Shown here one piece after another: positions 51,076 to 63,487 of a stretch of 64,000 bases of DNA. Under the pieces are notes generated by a model. The model saw only the letters and a program-made list of their open reading frames with translations, was not told the DNA's origin and searched no databases. Position 1 is the first letter of the stretch; each line of letters opens with the position of its first letter. Origin of the DNA: Mobula hypostoma (lineage: Eukaryota); NCBI RefSeq assembly GCF_963921235.1, contig NC_086097.1:74154001-74218000 (forward strand). Reading direction: 5' to 3'. A program made the position numbers and the translations under genes.

Positions 51076-52924
51076 TCCTGAAATGACATCAGAAAGGAAG
51101 TTTATAATGGACTGACTCATATGAGTTCTGTTCAGTGTATGACACCAATGTCTATGGACTCACTGGTAACCTGTCGGTCAAGGTTTCGATTAGCTTCAGC
51201 AAGGCTGCTCAAATTGAGCTTGGGTACTGTTGGAGACTGTGCATAAGCCTTCTGCTGAAATCGCCATGTCGATATAATACAGCATCTCATTGCCAATTTG
51301 TTCTGTTCGCTCACCTATAACTACTGATGAGACCCAAAGCCATGAGATGGGACAAAGCTGGAACTTGAAATATTCCTTTATTCAGTAAAACTATGCAACT
51401 ACAAAATCTCAAACTCAAAACTCAACAGCATGACTGTTGAAATGGTTTATCCAAGAACATTCAAGATGTTGATAGGAACAACAACCAATTAGTGAAAGTC
51501 AGCCTGGGATTCGCTGTCAGCTCACCAACAGGCATTGGCTGTTTTGGCTGGCTGTGGCAGAGGGAAGATATATCAATCATGATCAAATGTCAGAACAGGC
51601 TGAATGGCTGAATTATGCTCCAATGTCTTATGGTTGTATGGTGGTATCCCAGGATTACAGAGTATAGGGGGCACAGAAACAGACCATTCCTCTAATCTAG
51701 TCATGATGACATGTACTGTATTGCCCGTGCAAGCCTCCTCCTGCCATCTCTGATCTAAATTTTATCAGGTTTGTCCACATTACTTTTGTCTTCATATATT
51801 TGTCCACTATTTGCATCAGCCACACTGAGGTAGAAAGCTCTACGTTCTTACCACTCCGTGCGGTAAAGTTAACCAATTAAATTTCTTGGTGACCAGCTTA
51901 AATGGATAGTCGCCCCATAAATGGAAATATTCTCTCTATACCTAGTCTTTTATGGGCCTTCATAATTTAAATGACATCTACTAGGATCTGCACATCCCCA
52001 TCAATCCTTCTTTTCTCAGGAGAAAAGAGACCCAGTTTGTTCATCCTCTCCAGATTTGCATTGCCTCACACCCAATAAAGTGATGACAACTTTTCTTTTG
52101 CAGTGTTTGGAAAATAAATACTCGTCAACTTGTAAAGAGATCTTCACATTCCAGTACGAATATGAACCTTTCAGGTAAATGTGGGTGGGAAATGAGTCTT
52201 AGTTTAATGCAGAGCTGCAGTGAGTTACACTTGTGTCTTACATCAATATAATATACTTTCTGTGTTCCCGTTCTAAAGATGTCACAATATTTGCAATAAT
52301 GTTCTGACAGGGCAGCCTGTGGGTTGGGAACCTCTTGGTTAGCTGTGACTGTGTACTGCCCTCTCACGTTGCACTCATGTGCCTGCCTGCACTCTCAATT
52401 CGCTGAAGCAGCTCTGCTGGGCCTGGCAATGCCACACAGGAAAGCCAGGACAGCAGATTTTTATCAGTCTACTGAATGGTGGAAGGAGATTCTTCTTGGG
52501 TAAGCCATTCCTTTAACTTATCCTGTTTATGGCACAATTTAAATAAGTGATTGTAAACATGTGACATCTGCATTGTGCATGGCATTGTATCCCAGCACAA
52601 TGATAACCTCCAAATAACCCAAGGTGAGCTTATTTATTGCCTGAAGATGGCAATTTTATTCAGCTAAACACAAACAACAATTGACAGTAATGGTAAGTGA
52701 CCTTTCAGCACATCCACAGTTTTAATTAGGGTTCGGATGCCCTTTAAAGATAACAGCTTTCTGCAGAATTTAATTGGCAAATCAAATATTCAATTGACAC
52801 ATTAGGCCCATATTTTGCTTGTGGCGGCACAGCCAATAAAAATGTTCTTTACCCTTTTTGAATGATTTCTCACTGTTTTCTTCATTTAAGAATAACTGCT
52901 GTCCTAGAGGCATTGACAAGTTCA

Positions 52925-53158
52925 TTTAGAGATACAGCACAGAAACAGGCCCATAGGTCCTAATGAGCCCACGCCACCCGATTACATCCACGTGACTAAT
53001 TAATCTACTACCTGTACAGCTTTAAAACGTGGGAGGAAGCTGAAGCACCCAGAGAAAACCCACGCAGTCAAGGGGAGAATGTACAAGCACCTTACAGACA
53101 GCAGTGGAATTGAACCTGCCCTGTAATAGGGTTATGCTAACCTCTGCACTATCATGTC
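52925..53158 (-). mobile_element. V-SINE (HE1-like)
   Basis: V-domain-like gtgggaggaagctgaagcacccagagaaaacccacgcagtcaaggggagaatgtacaagcaccttacagac; CR1-like 3' end; B-box remnant ggttcaattcc on the minus strand. Confidence 0.75.
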
Positions 53159-53168
53159 ACTCTTTCAT

Positions 53169-53238
53169 AGGAATGTAGCTCAGTGGGAGAAAGCATGATT
53201 TTTATGTATGAGGTCTCCAATTCAACACAGCATCTCCA
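53169..53238 (+). pseudogene. tRNA-Ala pseudogene
   Basis: aggaatgtagctcagtgggagaaagcatgatttttatgtatgaggtctccaattcaacacagcatctcca aligns by eye to vertebrate tRNA-Ala (GGGGATGTAGCTCAGTGGTAGAGCGCATGCTT...ATGTATGAGGTC...GGCATCTCCA). Anticodon and T-arm are damaged. Confidence 0.75.
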
Positions 53239-54199
53239 CACTGGTGACTGTGAGTTTTGAACAGTGAGCGTAAATTCTGAGATGAGGAGATTCCAACTAC
53301 AGTTAATTCATATGTTAATCATTCTTATTAAAGAGAGAAAAAAATTGTTTACCATGTTGAATTTCAGGAAAATTGAGAGAAAGCAACCAGTGAAGAGCAT
53401 GTACATAGAAAGAACAGTCAAGACGTCAATCATAATTCATTATAATGTGAGTGTTGTCAACTGTTAATTTTGGGGAGAGTTGTCAGGAAGGGAGGGCTTC
53501 ATTGATGGCTTTAATTGAGAGGAGTTGATTCCTGTGCTGTATAACTTAAGAAATGAAACAATGATTGTGCCATGCTTGCCTTCAAAAGAGGTTGTGATTG
53601 GAACATTTAAATTGAAGAAAATTTACCTGTTCAGAAAATGCTGATACTGGATTTCCTTCCATTTGCACATCTGAAGTTTAGAACGTTCTCACTTTTAACC
53701 AATTTAATCAGCTACCTGAATAGTATAAAACTAACACGACAGGTAGTATATACTAATTATTTGCCAACATTGCACCAAATAGAACAAAAGTTAATGATAA
53801 TTCACATTCAAGACTTGACTGTATTGCACAAATAAAAAAAGGTAAACCAATATGCTTATGGATAATTTACCTTGAACACTTGAATGTTCCGTAATAAAGA
53901 TTATAGTCAACCAGTTAGAACTTCATTGATAGCTTCAGATTCCATCTGCTGGTCTTCTGTTGAAAAGACCACTATCCTAATCCCTGGAATGTAAATATTT
54001 GGGCAAGTGGGCAGGAACATCACATTCTCTAAACTATGAACCACTTCAAAGTAGGTTTGAAAAGTGTTTACTAATTCCAGGGAACCTCTGTAAACACAAA
54101 TATTAATGCTGTCGTATACTCAGATGAAGTTGATTTATAATTTACTGCAAAGATGTCACCAATAAGTGCCATGTGCTATTTTGTGTAGGAATAGGATGA

Positions 54200-57100
54200 T
54201 AATACAGATGAATATGTGGCTGAGGAGCTGGTGCAGGGGCAGGGTTTCAGATTTCAGGATCATTGGGATCTCTTCTAGGGAAGATATAACCTGTACAAAA
54301 ATGATAGGTTACACCTGAACCCGAGGGGGATCAATATCCTTGAGGACAGGATTGCAAGAGCAGTTGGAGAGGTTTTAATCTAAGTTGACAGGGAGATGGG
54401 AACTGGAGTGATAGGGGTGAGGATGGGCTGTTGGTATATAACAAGATGCAGTGGGCAGTGAGACTGTCAGAAGAACAGGCAGATGATAGGGCAAAATTGC
54501 AGCCAGTGGGATAAGGAGAAGTGTAACAGGAGGCCAAAATTGAAAAGGGTAATGAATACAGAACTGAAGGTTTTGAATGCATGCAGTATACAGAATAAGG
54601 TAGATGATCTTGTTGTAAAGTTAGAGATTGGCAGGTATGATGTTGTGAGCACCAAAGAGATGTAGCTGAAAGAAAATCATAGTTGGGATTATCAAAAGGA
54701 CAGGCAAGTAGACAGAGGGGGTGGGGTGACTCTTGGTAAAAAAAAATGAAATCAAATCCTTAGAAAGAGGTGTTATAGGATCAGAAGATGTAAAATCATT
54801 GTGGGTAAAGTTTAGAAACTGCAAGGGTAAAAAGACATTGATGGGAATTATATAGAAGGGCGATGGACAGTAGCCAGGATGTGGGATAAATATTCCAGTG
54901 GAAAATAGAAATGGCATGTAATAAGAGCAATGTTATGATAGTTTATGGGGGATTTCAATATGCAGATAGATTGAGAGAATTATGTTGGTGCTGGATCGCA
55001 AGAGAGGAAATTTGTACCATGCCCATGAGATGATATTTTAAGAGCAGCTTGTGAATGAGCCTACTAGGGTAAAGGCAATTCTGTATTGGATTCTGTGCAA
55101 TGAACCAGATTTGATTGGGGAGCTTATGGTAAAGGAACCCTTGGGAGACAGTGATCATAATAAGATTGATTCACCCTGCAGTCTGAGAGAGAGAAGATAA
55201 AGTCAGATGTATCAGTATGACAGTGGAGTAAAGGGAATTACAGAGACTAGCACTGTATGAAAGTTGTTTGGAGGGGACATACGCATAACAGCAATGTCCT
55301 GAGTTTCTGGGGGCAATTTGGAAGGTTCATGATAGATACATCCCAAAGATGAAGAATTCTAAAAGGGAGTACGAAGCAACTGTGGCTGACAAGGGAAGTC
55401 AAAGACAGCATAAAAGCAAAAGAGAGGTATATAATATAGCAAAAATTAGTGGGAAGTTAGAGGATTGGGCATCTTTTAAAAACCAACAGAAGGCAACTAA
55501 AAATCTATAAGGAGAGAAAAGATGAAATATGAAGATAAGTTAGCCAATAATATCAAAGACGATACCAAAAGTTATTTTCCATATATAAAGAGTAAAAGAC
55601 AGGTGAGAGTGCTGGAAAATGATGCTGGAGAGGTAGTAATAGGAGAACAGAGAAGTGGTGGATGAACTTAGTAAGTACTTTAGACACTAGCAGTATGCCA
55701 AAAATTCAAGAGTGCCAAGGGGCAGAAGTGATTGCAGATCCTATTAATAAGGAGAAGGTGCTGGGAACCTGATAGCTCTGTGGTTAGATATGTCACCTGG
55801 AGCAGATGGACAAAACCTCAGGGTTCTGAAAAAGGTAGCTAGAAATTGTAGAGGCATTAGTAATGATCTTTTAAGAATCACTAGTTTCTAGAAGGGTTCT
55901 GAAGGACTGGAAAATGGCAACTATCACTCCACTCTTCAAGTCAAGTCAAGTCACTTTTTATTGTCATTTCGACCATAACTGCTGGCACAGTACACAGTAA
56001 AAACAAGACAACGTTTTTCAGGACCATGGTGCTACATGAAACAATACAAAAACTACACTGAACTACGTAAAACAGCACAAAAACTACACTAGACTACTGA
56101 CCTACCCAGGACTGCATAAAGTGCACAAGACAGTGCAGGCATTACAATAAATAATAAACAAGACAATGGACACAGTAGAGGGCAGTAGGTCGGTGTCAGT
56201 CCAGGCTCTGGGTATTTAGGTGTCTGATGGTTTGAGGGAAGAAATTGTTACATACTCTGGTTGAGAGAGCCCAAATGCTTTGGTGCCTTTTGCTAGATGG
56301 CAGGAGGAAGAAGAGTTTGTATGAGGGGTGTATGGGGTTCTTCATAATGCTGTTTGCTTTACGGATGCAGTGTGTGGTGTAAATGTAATGGCAGGAAGAG
56401 AAGTCCAGATGATCTTCTCAGCTGATCTCACTATCCACTGCAGAAGGGAGGGAGGCAGAAGAAAAGAAATTAAAGGCAAGTCTTCAGTGGTTGGGAAGAC
56501 GTTGGAGTCTACTATCAAGGATGAGGTTTTGGGGTACTTGGAGGTGCTTGGAGGTGCATGACAAAGTAGGCAAAGTCAACATGGTTTCCTGAAGAGGAAA
56601 CCCTGCCTGATAAATCTGCTGGAATGTTTTGAGGAAATAAAAGGCAGAATAGACAAAGGAGAGTCAGTGGGTGTAGTTTACTTGAATTTTCATAATGCCT
56701 TTGACAAGGTGCTGCACATGAAACTGCTTAACAAGATAAGAGACCATGGTATTACAGGAAAGATATTAGCATGGATAGAAAATTGGCTGACTGGCAGAAG
56801 GCAAAGAGTCGGAATAAAGGTGACTGCTGGTGACAAATGGTTTTCAATAGGGGTCGGTTTTGGGACCATTTCTTTTCACATTATATATCACTGATTTGGA
56901 TGATGGAATTGATAGCTTTGTGGCCAAGTTTGAGGATGATACAAAGATAGGTTGAGGGGCAGGGAGTCTGCGGAAGGACTTGGACATATTGGGAGATTCA
57001 GCAAAGAAATGGCATATGGAATATAGTGTGGAGAAGTGTCTGATCATACCCTTTGGTAGAAGGAATAAAGCTGTAGTCTATTTTATAAACAGGACAAAAA

Positions 57101-57228
57101 CTCAAAGAGGTTTAAACACACCTTGGAGTCCTTGTGCAAGATTCTCTAAAGGTTAACTTGCAGGTTGATTTGGTGGTAAGGAAGGCAAATGCAATTTTAG
57201 TATTGATTTTGAGAGGACTAAAATATAT
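54200..57228 (+). mobile_element. Old CR1 LINE (ORF1 end, endonuclease, RT), heavily mutated; 3' end resumes at 59581
   Basis: LNACSIQNKVDDL (EN start), GDFN, LGDSDHN, AFDKVLH and FEDDTK remnants with many stops. Confidence 0.88.
55936..56442 (-). mobile_element. Rex/Babar-type LINE 3' fragment inserted in the old CR1
   Basis: (TCAAG)n tail plus tttttattgtc; interrupts the CR1 sequence ccactcttcaag|aagggagggagg. Confidence 0.7.
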
Positions 57229-59580
57229 GTACTGGATTGGGTATTGTGTAATGAACCGGAGGTGATTGGAGAGATTGAGGTGAAGGAACCCTTAGGAGGC
57301 AGTGATCATAACATGATTGAGTTCACTGTGAAATTTGAAAAAAAGAAGCCGAAATCTGATGTGTCGGTATTTCAGTGGAGTAAAGGAAATTACAGTGGCA
57401 TGAGAGAGGAACTGGCCAAAGTTGACTGGAAAGAGACACTGGCGGGAAAGACACCAGAGCAGCAGTGGCTGGAGTTTATGCGAGAAATGAGGAATGTGCA
57501 AGACAGGTATATTCCAAAAAAGAAGAAATTTTCGAGTGGAAAAAGGATGCAACCGTGGTTGACAAGAGAAGTCAAAGCCAAAGTTAAAGCAAAAGAGAGG
57601 GCATACAAGGAAGCAAAAATTAGTGGGAAGAGAGAGGATTGGGAAGTTTTTAAAACCTTACAAAAGGAAACCAAGAAGGTCATTAAGAGAGAAAAGATTA
57701 ACTATGAAAGGAAGCTAGCAAATAATATCAAAGAGGATACTAAAAGCTTTTTCAAGTATATAAAGAGTAAAAGACAGGTGAGAGTAGATACAGGACCGAT
57801 AGAAAATGATGCTGGAGAAATTGTAATGGGAGATGAGGAGATGGCAGAGGAACTGAACAAGTATTTTGCATCAGTCTTCACTGAGGAAGACAGCAGTATA
57901 CCGGACACTCAAGGGTGGCAGGGAAGAGAAGTGTGCGCAGTCACAATTACGACAGAGAAAGTACTCAGGAAGCTGAATAGCTAAAGGTAGATAAATCTCC
58001 TGGACCAGATGGAACGCACCTTCGTGTTCTGAAGGAAGTAGCTGTGGAGATTGCGGAGGCATTAGCAATGATCTTTCAAAAGTCGATAGATTCTGGCATG
58101 GTTCCGGAGGACTGGAAGATTGCAAATGTCACTCCACCATTTAAGAAGGGGGCAAGGAAGCAAAAAGGAAATTATAGACCTGTTAGCTTGACATCGGTGG
58201 TTGGGAAGTTGTTGGAGTCGATTGTCAAGGATGAGGTTACAGAGTACCTGGAGGCATATGACAAGATAGGCAGAACTCAGCATGGATTCCTTAAAGGAAA
58301 ATCCTGCCTGACAAACCTATTACAATTTTTTGAGGAAATTACCAGTAGGCTAGACAAGGGAGATGTAGTGGATGTTGTATATTTGGATTTTCAGAAGGCC
58401 TTTGACAAGGTGCCACACATGAGGCTACTTAACAAGATAAGAGCCCATGGAATTACGGGAAAGTTACATACGTGGATAGAGCATGGCTGATTGGCAGGAA
58501 ACAGAGAGTGGGAATAAAGGGATCCTATTCTGGTTGGCTGCCGGTTACCAGTGGTGTTCCACAGGGATCAGTGTTGGGGCCGCTTCTTTTTACATTGTAC
58601 ATCAATGATTTAGAATATGGAATAGATGGCTTTGTGGCTAGGTTTGCTGACGATACGAAGATAAGTGGAGGGGCCAGTAGTGCTGAGGAAACAGAGTCTG
58701 CAGAGAGACTTGGATAGATTGGAAGAATGGGCAGAGAAGTGGCAAATGAAGTACAATGTTGGAAAGTGTATGGTTATGCACTTTGGCAGAAAAAATAAAC
58801 GGGCAGACTATTATTTAAATGGGGAAAGAATTCAAAGTTCTGAGATGCAACGGGACTTGGGAGTCCTCGTACAGAATACCCTTAAAGTTAACTTCCAGGT
58901 TGAGTCAGTAGTGAAGAAGGCGAATGCAATGTTGGCATTCATTTCTAAAGGAATAGAGTATAGGAGCAGGGATGTGATGTTGAGGCTCTATAAGGCGCTG
59001 GTGAGACCTCACTTGGAGTACTGTGGGCAGTTTTGGTCTCCTTATTAAGAACGGATGTGCTGACGTTGGAGAGGGTACAAAGAAGATTCACTAGAATGAT
59101 TCCGGGAATGAGAGGGTTAACATATGAGGAACGTTTGTCCGCTCTTGGACTGTATTCCTTGGAGTTTAGAAGAATGAGGGGAGACTTCATAGAAACATTT
59201 CGAATGTTAAAAGGCATGGACAGATTGGATGTGGCAAAGTTGTTTCCCATGATGGGGGAGTCTAGTATGAGAGGGCATGACTTAAGGATTGAAGGGCGCC
59301 CTTTCAGAACAGAAATGCGAAGAAATTTTTTTTAGTCAGAGGGTTGTGAATCTATGGAATTTGTTGCCACGGGCAGCAGTGGAGGCCAAGTCATTGGGTG
59401 TATTTAAGGCAGAGATTGATAGGTATCTGAGTAGCCAGGGCATCAAAGGTTATGGTGAGAAGGCAGGGGAGTGGGACTAAATAGGAGAAAATGGATCAGC
59501 TCATGATAAAATGGCGGAGCAGACTCGATGGGCCGAATGGCCTACTTCTGCTCCTTTGTCTTGTGGTCTTATGGTCTTAT
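57229..59580 (+). mobile_element. Young 5'-truncated CR1 LINE (ORF2 RT pseudogene) nested in the older CR1
   Basis: ORFs 57244..59480 carry LGGSDHN, NYRPVSLTS, YLDFQKAFDKVPH, GVPQGSVLGP, FADDTK and RVVNLWNLLP with few disruptions. Tail (GGTCTTAT)n. Confidence 0.95.
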
Positions 59581-60175
59581 AAGAGTAAGGGTGTAATGCC
59601 GAGGCTTTATAAGGCATAGGTCAGGCCACATGCGGAGTATTGTGAGCAGTTTTGGGCCTCTTATCTAAGAAAAGTTGTGCTGGCGTTGGAGAGGATCCAG
59701 AAGAGATGCATGAGAATGATTCTTTGAATGATCAGGTTAACATATGAGGAGAGTTTGATGGCTCTAGGCTGGAGTTTAGAAGAATGAGAGTGTATCTCAT
59801 TGAAACCTATCGAATATTGAAAGGCCTAGACAGAGTAGATGTGGAGAGGATATTTCCTAATGTAGGTGAGTCTAGGACCAGAGGGCACAGCCTCACAATA
59901 AAAGGGTGTTCAATCAAGATGAAAAGGAATTTCCTTTGCCAGAGGGTGGTGAATCTGTGGAATTTATTGCCATGGATAGCTATGGAAGACAAATTATTTA
60001 GTATATTTAAAGTAGAGGTTGATAGCTTCTTGGTTAGTCAGGGCATCAAAAGTTACAGGGAGAAGGCAAGAGATTGGAGTTGAGAGGGATAATAAATCAG
60101 CCATGATGGAATGTTGGAAAAGACACAATATAGTGAGTGGCTTAATTCTCCTCCTATATCTTAAGGTCTTATGAG
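59581..60175 (+). mobile_element. 3' end of the old CR1 LINE
   Basis: Resumes aagagtaagggtgtaatg, collinear with 57210-57228; ORF 59784..60083. Confidence 0.85.
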
Positions 60176-62799
60176 GAATTTCAGTACATTTTAGAGATTA
60201 GAATAGCTGTGTTAGCTCCCATTAATACAGAAAATGTAACAGAGGTGATGAAAATGATCAAGTATTTTGATGCAGGAGATAGGGACAGAGTTTCTCTACA
60301 GCATTTTAGAAGTATTAGAAGATGTAGATTCCCGATAACTCACAAAAGAAAGCTGGTGTGAATGAGAATTTTTATACACTGATTTGCTATGATTTGGATT
60401 GGACAGGCTTGAAGGTCGGATATGATCAATAGTAACACTTTAAAAGGAATGAATATATCCTTAAAATGGAAATATTTGGAGCTCCCAAAGCAGAGTACTA
60501 CAGATACAGGAAATTTGTGAAGATCATAAAATGTTGAACACGCAGGAGTGGGTAGAGAAAGTGATTTAGTATTTCAGGTAGATAATCTTTCAACAGAACT
60601 TTCATCTACACATGTATTACACTGAGGGAAAACTGTGCTTCAGAATAATCAAGTAAGTTTTTCAAAGAGCCAATAGAGTCATGATGGACTCAAGCCTCCT
60701 TCAATGCAATACCATGCTATGTAATAAAATCCACATGATGTAAGACTGCCTTCTACAAAAGCACTCACATTGGCTCTCTCTCGAGTCAGATTACATGTTG
60801 AGTCTGTTCTGAGTGCATTAAAATATGCTAGCCAAAAAAAGGCATACATTTTCTGTGCATTTGGGTTTCTAGAGTGAGAACTAGTTCCTTTATTTATGAA
60901 GTAAAAGTTTCTGAATTTGAACACTATCTTTACAACAAGGACATGGTTGTAAAAATAAACTACTCATGATATATGGAGTTTCTAAAATAAAACCATGAAT
61001 AATGAGACAAGAAGATAAAGTAAAGCAAATATAATGTAGACATACTATATTAAAATCTGTCACAGCTCTGTTAACCAATCAGGAGTGCTGTTGACTGATC
61101 TCCAGTGACACTTTCAACAAGTAGAGAGATGTCTTTTCCCATGGGAATGCTTTTTAAATGTTTAAACTTACAAAAACAAAATCAATTTAAAAATATAGTC
61201 AATGTACTGAAGGTTCATCCTTTGGGGTTGGGGGCAGCAGGATGGAGGAATTATTTAAAAATTGCTCTCAATTGTTTTCGAAAGAAAAGGAGAGCCCAGT
61301 ATAAATAGAACATCTCGTCAGATCAGACAGGAGGCTGACATGCTACCTGGGCTCTGCTGAGTTAGCTGATTTCCTCTGCAGTAACTGCAAGGGCATTACA
61401 ATTTGCCTCAGATCTCTTGGGACAAGGAGAAACAAAAAAGATAACTCTAGGTTGGCTTATGAAAAGCTACAGTGACTTTGTTCCTTTGTGCTCCAACCCT
61501 ACAAATTAAGAAAAGTTTTATGCAGTTGACATTGATTATGAAGCAATAACATGCATTGACTCTGTACCTAGTAAATTCCTTCTGAATCACAATTTGCTTC
61601 AGAGATGATTCTTTCACTCCAGCTCCCCTTGAATGGTTCTCAGCCTAGAGCCCACTGCAAAATTTGTGTGCTTTGTGAGTTCTTGACCTCCAATGAAATC
61701 CAGTTTAGGGTTACAGACTGAGACGTGAGAAACAAGAAGAGCTCAAATAAGTTGTGTGTAATTTTTTTCAAGGGTTTATGCAGGCTATCCCTGGAATCTT
61801 CATCAAAACATTGCAGTTGCCCAGACAGCAATTAGTCACTTTACACTACGATTGGTAAAGACAAGACATAAAGTTATAATCGTTATTCACAAGCAATATC
61901 TCAAACTATGCTGCTCACATTTTGTATAAAAAGAATAATTGTACATATTTACGATTAATGGATTCTGTGATCCTGGCAGCGGTGTTGGTTATACTTGTGC
62001 TGAGGTTATAGGTTCATCAGATTTTAAAAGGATTACAGTCTAATAGCTAGCCGTATACTACATTTTATATATATATTATATAATTTAAATAATCTGCAAT
62101 TTCCTATCTAGAAGAGCTCATCATTACCATTTCTCTGTCCTCTTCATTTAATCAATTTATTCCACTAAGTTTTTATCACCCTCCCTCCAAAGATCTTCTT
62201 CCTTGCATTGGCAATCACCTTTATAATTACTGCCTGGAGATATTTAAATTGCAGCTATCAATGAGAGAAGAGTTGCTTAAGTTATTTTGACAAAGGTTTG
62301 ATAATGACAGAGTTGAAATTGTGTTGGAGGTGAATAAGGGCTGCAAAATCTACCATGTGCAGCAACAGTCAGAAGGATGGCCAGAGTGGAGAGTTCTGGC
62401 AGATGCAATTAGGTATAAAGTGCAATCGAGATTACTGAATGTGGTCAGATTGGATCCTGCTCCAGGGCTATTAATCAGTTAACATTTACAGCAGATGAAA
62501 TTAGAGTCTCAACACTTGTAACAATGCTGCTTGCATCTGCACCTATAGAAGTGAGTGTAGAGAGGGGTTCAGTGATGTGACATTTTGTCACAACAAAGAG
62601 TTTTTTTATTTAAGACTACAAGGAGATTCAGAAGTGACAGGCAATTTAGGTAAAGAAAAATGAGGTTTGGTTGAGCTTGAGATGATGGTGAGTGAATCTG
62701 AATCAGAAAAGAATCAGGTTTAATATCACTGGCATATGTCATGATATATGTTGTTTTGCAGCAGCAATACCTTGCAATACATAATAAAATATGTAAATC

Positions 62800-63487
62800 C
62801 TCCCGGGAGGGGGGAGAAGATGGCGGTGCAATGGCAGCGCGCGTGGCCACTTCAGTGAATGATATCTGTTATCTGTCAAGTAGGGGACCGTGCACAATTC
62901 TGATTTGATGGAGACAGATGTGAGAGCACGGAGAAACTTCTGGAATGCCCGCTTCGCTGCCGCTGCTACTGTGTGGTAACCAGAATCTCCGCAGCTGAAG
63001 GCCCCGAAATCCTCGGCTTTGTGTGTTTCAGTGGCCGGAGAGAGGTCGAAGACATTCGGCAGAGGATGGTGCTCGGGAGGCTGTATCGGAGAGGCTGGTC
63101 GGAAGCTCGAAGTTTTGGGACGGATGGACTCAGTGTTGGCTGTGGTCGGCTGCTTCCAGGGTATCGGCAAGTTGACGGTGCCTGGAGGTTTATGGCAGGG
63201 AGTTTCTCCCTTTTGCCACCTGCTATCGGGAACTCAGGAGTCGATTGACTTGGGTCTTTGAGATTTTTTTTTACTGTGCCCATGGTCTGTTCTTCATCAA
63301 ATTATGGTATTGCTTTGCACTGCCGTAACTATATGTTATAATTATGTGGTTCTGTCAGTGTTAGTCTTGGTCTGACCTGTTTTCTGTGATATCACTCCGG
63401 AGAAACATTGTATCATTTCTTAATGCATGTATGCATTTCTAAATGACAATAAAAGAGGACTGAGTGTTCTCATAATCTAATCTAACT
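62800..63487 (+). mobile_element. Non-autonomous retroelement, copy 2, with (TCTAA)n tail
   Basis: 5' end GGGGGAGAAGATGGCGG; 3' end GACAATAAAAGAGGACTG..ATAATCTAATCTAA. Candidate TSD TAAATC at 62794-62799 and 63488-63493. Confidence 0.82.

Larger units (their letters stand above)
47043..51559 (-). mobile_element. Gypsy LTR retrotransposon, degenerate, with both LTRs
   Basis: Direct repeats 47043-47296 and 51299-51559 (TG...CA). TSD-like CAGGG/GAGGG, PBS-like AATTGGCA, and a purine tract next to 47297. Protease/RT remnants (TKLQAELHLHPDAKPV). Confidence 0.82.

Noticed and set aside
53169..53238. Functional tRNA-Ala gene
   Set aside because: Acceptor stem, anticodon loop and B box are mutated, so it is called a pseudogene.
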